NCBI GenBank assembly: GCA_964252035.1
Contig: OZ176203.1
Length of the DNA stretch: 64,000 bases
Reading direction: 5' to 3' (one strand)
Source of the DNA: Podarcis erhardii
Taxonomy: Eukaryota
In this document: positions 62,088 through 64,000 of the stretch, in pieces
Numbering within the stretch: the first letter of the stretch is position 1
Layout: each line of letters begins with the position of its first letter
Notes under the pieces: generated by a model
Database searches by the model: none
What the model saw: only the letters and a program-made list of their open reading frames with translations
What the model was told of the DNA's origin: nothing
Position numbers and translations under genes: made by a program

Positions 62088-64000
62088 TTGTTAAGTATAG
62101 TCATTTAATCCACTGAAATTGCAAATGCTGGTATGCACTACTATGCATTTAAATCTGAGTAGTTGATAACTGAATTCTAGAGTGTTCTCTAGTAGTTCTC
62201 ATGTGATTGGCTCACGGTCACATGGGAGGTATGTAGTGAAGAAGAGACTCCATTTTATGTGAAGCAAGATGACTGTATTTTAGAATCCACTGTGAACACT
62301 GCTAAGTTGAATAGAGTGTTGGGATGCTGCTTCTTTGCTTGAAAGAAAGACAGCAAAGCTGAGGGAGAAGGGGAAAGTGGAAATCCCTTATAGGAGCTGC
62401 AAGGCATGGCCTAACTGAGATACAGAAGGCTGAATGCTGAGCTCTGGAAAGAGAGGAAAATACAGTTGTTTGGAAGTTAGAAGAAGAGACTGTAGGGCCA
62501 TGATAAGCAAGTGATTGTAAATATTTTAATTCATCTATAAGTTTCTGCAAGCAAAGTTTTTGAATGTTCATGTCTGCACATTGGTTTAATTTCCAAAGAA
62601 GAGTGCCAGTCGTAAATATGATTTGAGCTTCTTTGCTGCGTTTTCGCTACTCTTACTTCAACACCGCTATCCCAGCACCTCATTGCTTAATGTTGCTGTG
62701 CTTGTAGCTACAATAGTAGCTTCCCAGTAGGAGGGGCAGTGTTACTCATCATGAAGGAGAGACAGCAGAGAGGTCAGGGCGGTGCAGATGCATGGCATGA
62801 GTGCCAGATTGGCGCCACCAGGGCATTTGCACCGCACTGACTTTGCCACCCATCTCATCTCTCCCTCTCAATAACCAACAGCGATCCGTCTTCTGGAAAG
62901 CTAACATAGCAGGTCTGCCCCACCTGTTGAGTCACTTCTGGAGGTAACAGTGATGCGGAATTCTTGGGGGGGGGGAGTGGTCTATTTTGAGGGGGGAAAT
63001 CAGAATTGTTCTTAGGAAAAAGTCTTCTGAGACATTTTGGCTCAGCTCTAGTAAAGCCTTTTTCTTCAGGCAGAGTTTTGTTTTATCAGACAGATGATTG
63101 TCTTGTTCAAAATCTCCATTTCATCTGCTGCACCTCTCTGTTTTTTATGGTAATGTGTATTTGACATATGATTGCATTTCATTCTTTATTTTAATTGTTG
63201 TTAGCTATCCCATCCTTCTAGTGCTTTAGGTACCACTTAGATTGGCTATCTTTGTATGTATGAATGCATGCAGACAATAATAAATGGATAAATTGGCCTT
63301 GTGGAAATAGCATGATGGAAAATCTACCTGCAAATTACTATTTTTCCCTCTATTAATGAAGGATTTGCTATGACTGGCATTTTGTTTTAACTGGATTATA
63401 TTTGTAGTTGGACGTGGAAAAACTAGTCATCTTTAAAAGATGAAAGGGATTTTGATTTTGACCTTTGTACGATTAAATACAAGAAGCCAATTCACACCAA
63501 TTAGCCCAGCTTTCATTTACAATCCAGAAACTATATTCCATGCAGGATGATGGGGGGGGGGGTGAGAGAATCATACTTACCCTTCTAGTTTCTTACAGTG
63601 CTAGTTTCAGTCAGGAGGGGGAAGGAAAGGGTTTTCTAATGTAGCTTTATGAAGGTCAAAGGCACTCTGGATCAAATGTTCTGTGAATTCTAATTGACGC
63701 AGCTTTGCAGAAATCATTCTGCCAGCAACCCATATATTTGCTGTTGCGTTGCTCCCATTTGAGGATAAATCAGAGAACAAGGCACTGAGTAAACATCATC
63801 ATGCTTATGAATGGTTTGGGAAGACTTGATTCCAGCTTGCCTTCAGTGGAAAGATCTATTTAATGTCCTGATGGCAATCTAAATACATAAGCTGCATCAG
63901 AACCTTCTAAATTCTTATAACTGTTAGGAACAAATAATATATTCATTACTGTGCTGACAATCTACAGTGAGCCTAGGGTGTTAACAGCGTTTTGAAAACA

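Overview
Vertebrate nuclear DNA from a squamate, most likely a lacertid lizard, judged from its SINE families. The only genuine coding exon is a 166-bp internal exon of glypican-6 (GPC6, + strand, 51457-51622). I infer the rest is intron on either side of it. That intronic DNA is dense in repeats: 5 Sauria SINEs, 3 SINEs of a second tRNA-derived family, fragments of L2, CR1, BovB and L1, TA-flanked Tigger/mariner-like MITEs, hAT MITEs with 8-bp target-site duplications (TSDs) and several solo LTRs. Four things stand out. (1) An antisense processed copy of RPS21, too short for the ORF track, is 3'-truncated and carries about 0.7 kb of extra, largely GC-rich upstream sequence. (2) Two locally templated insertions have identifiable donors inside the window: 40.2-40.5 kb copied inverted into a MITE at 13.5-13.8 kb, and 25.8-26.6 kb plus 27.1 kb copied into 20.8-21.3 kb. 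(3) A hAT-bounded composite element carries a CpG-rich array of about 6.5 double-hairpin units of 118 bp. (4) There is a relic of a hATm-like transposase and a long foldback hairpin. All alignments were done by eye and repeat family names come from memory, so both need database confirmation. I see no prokaryotic-type system or CRISPR array.
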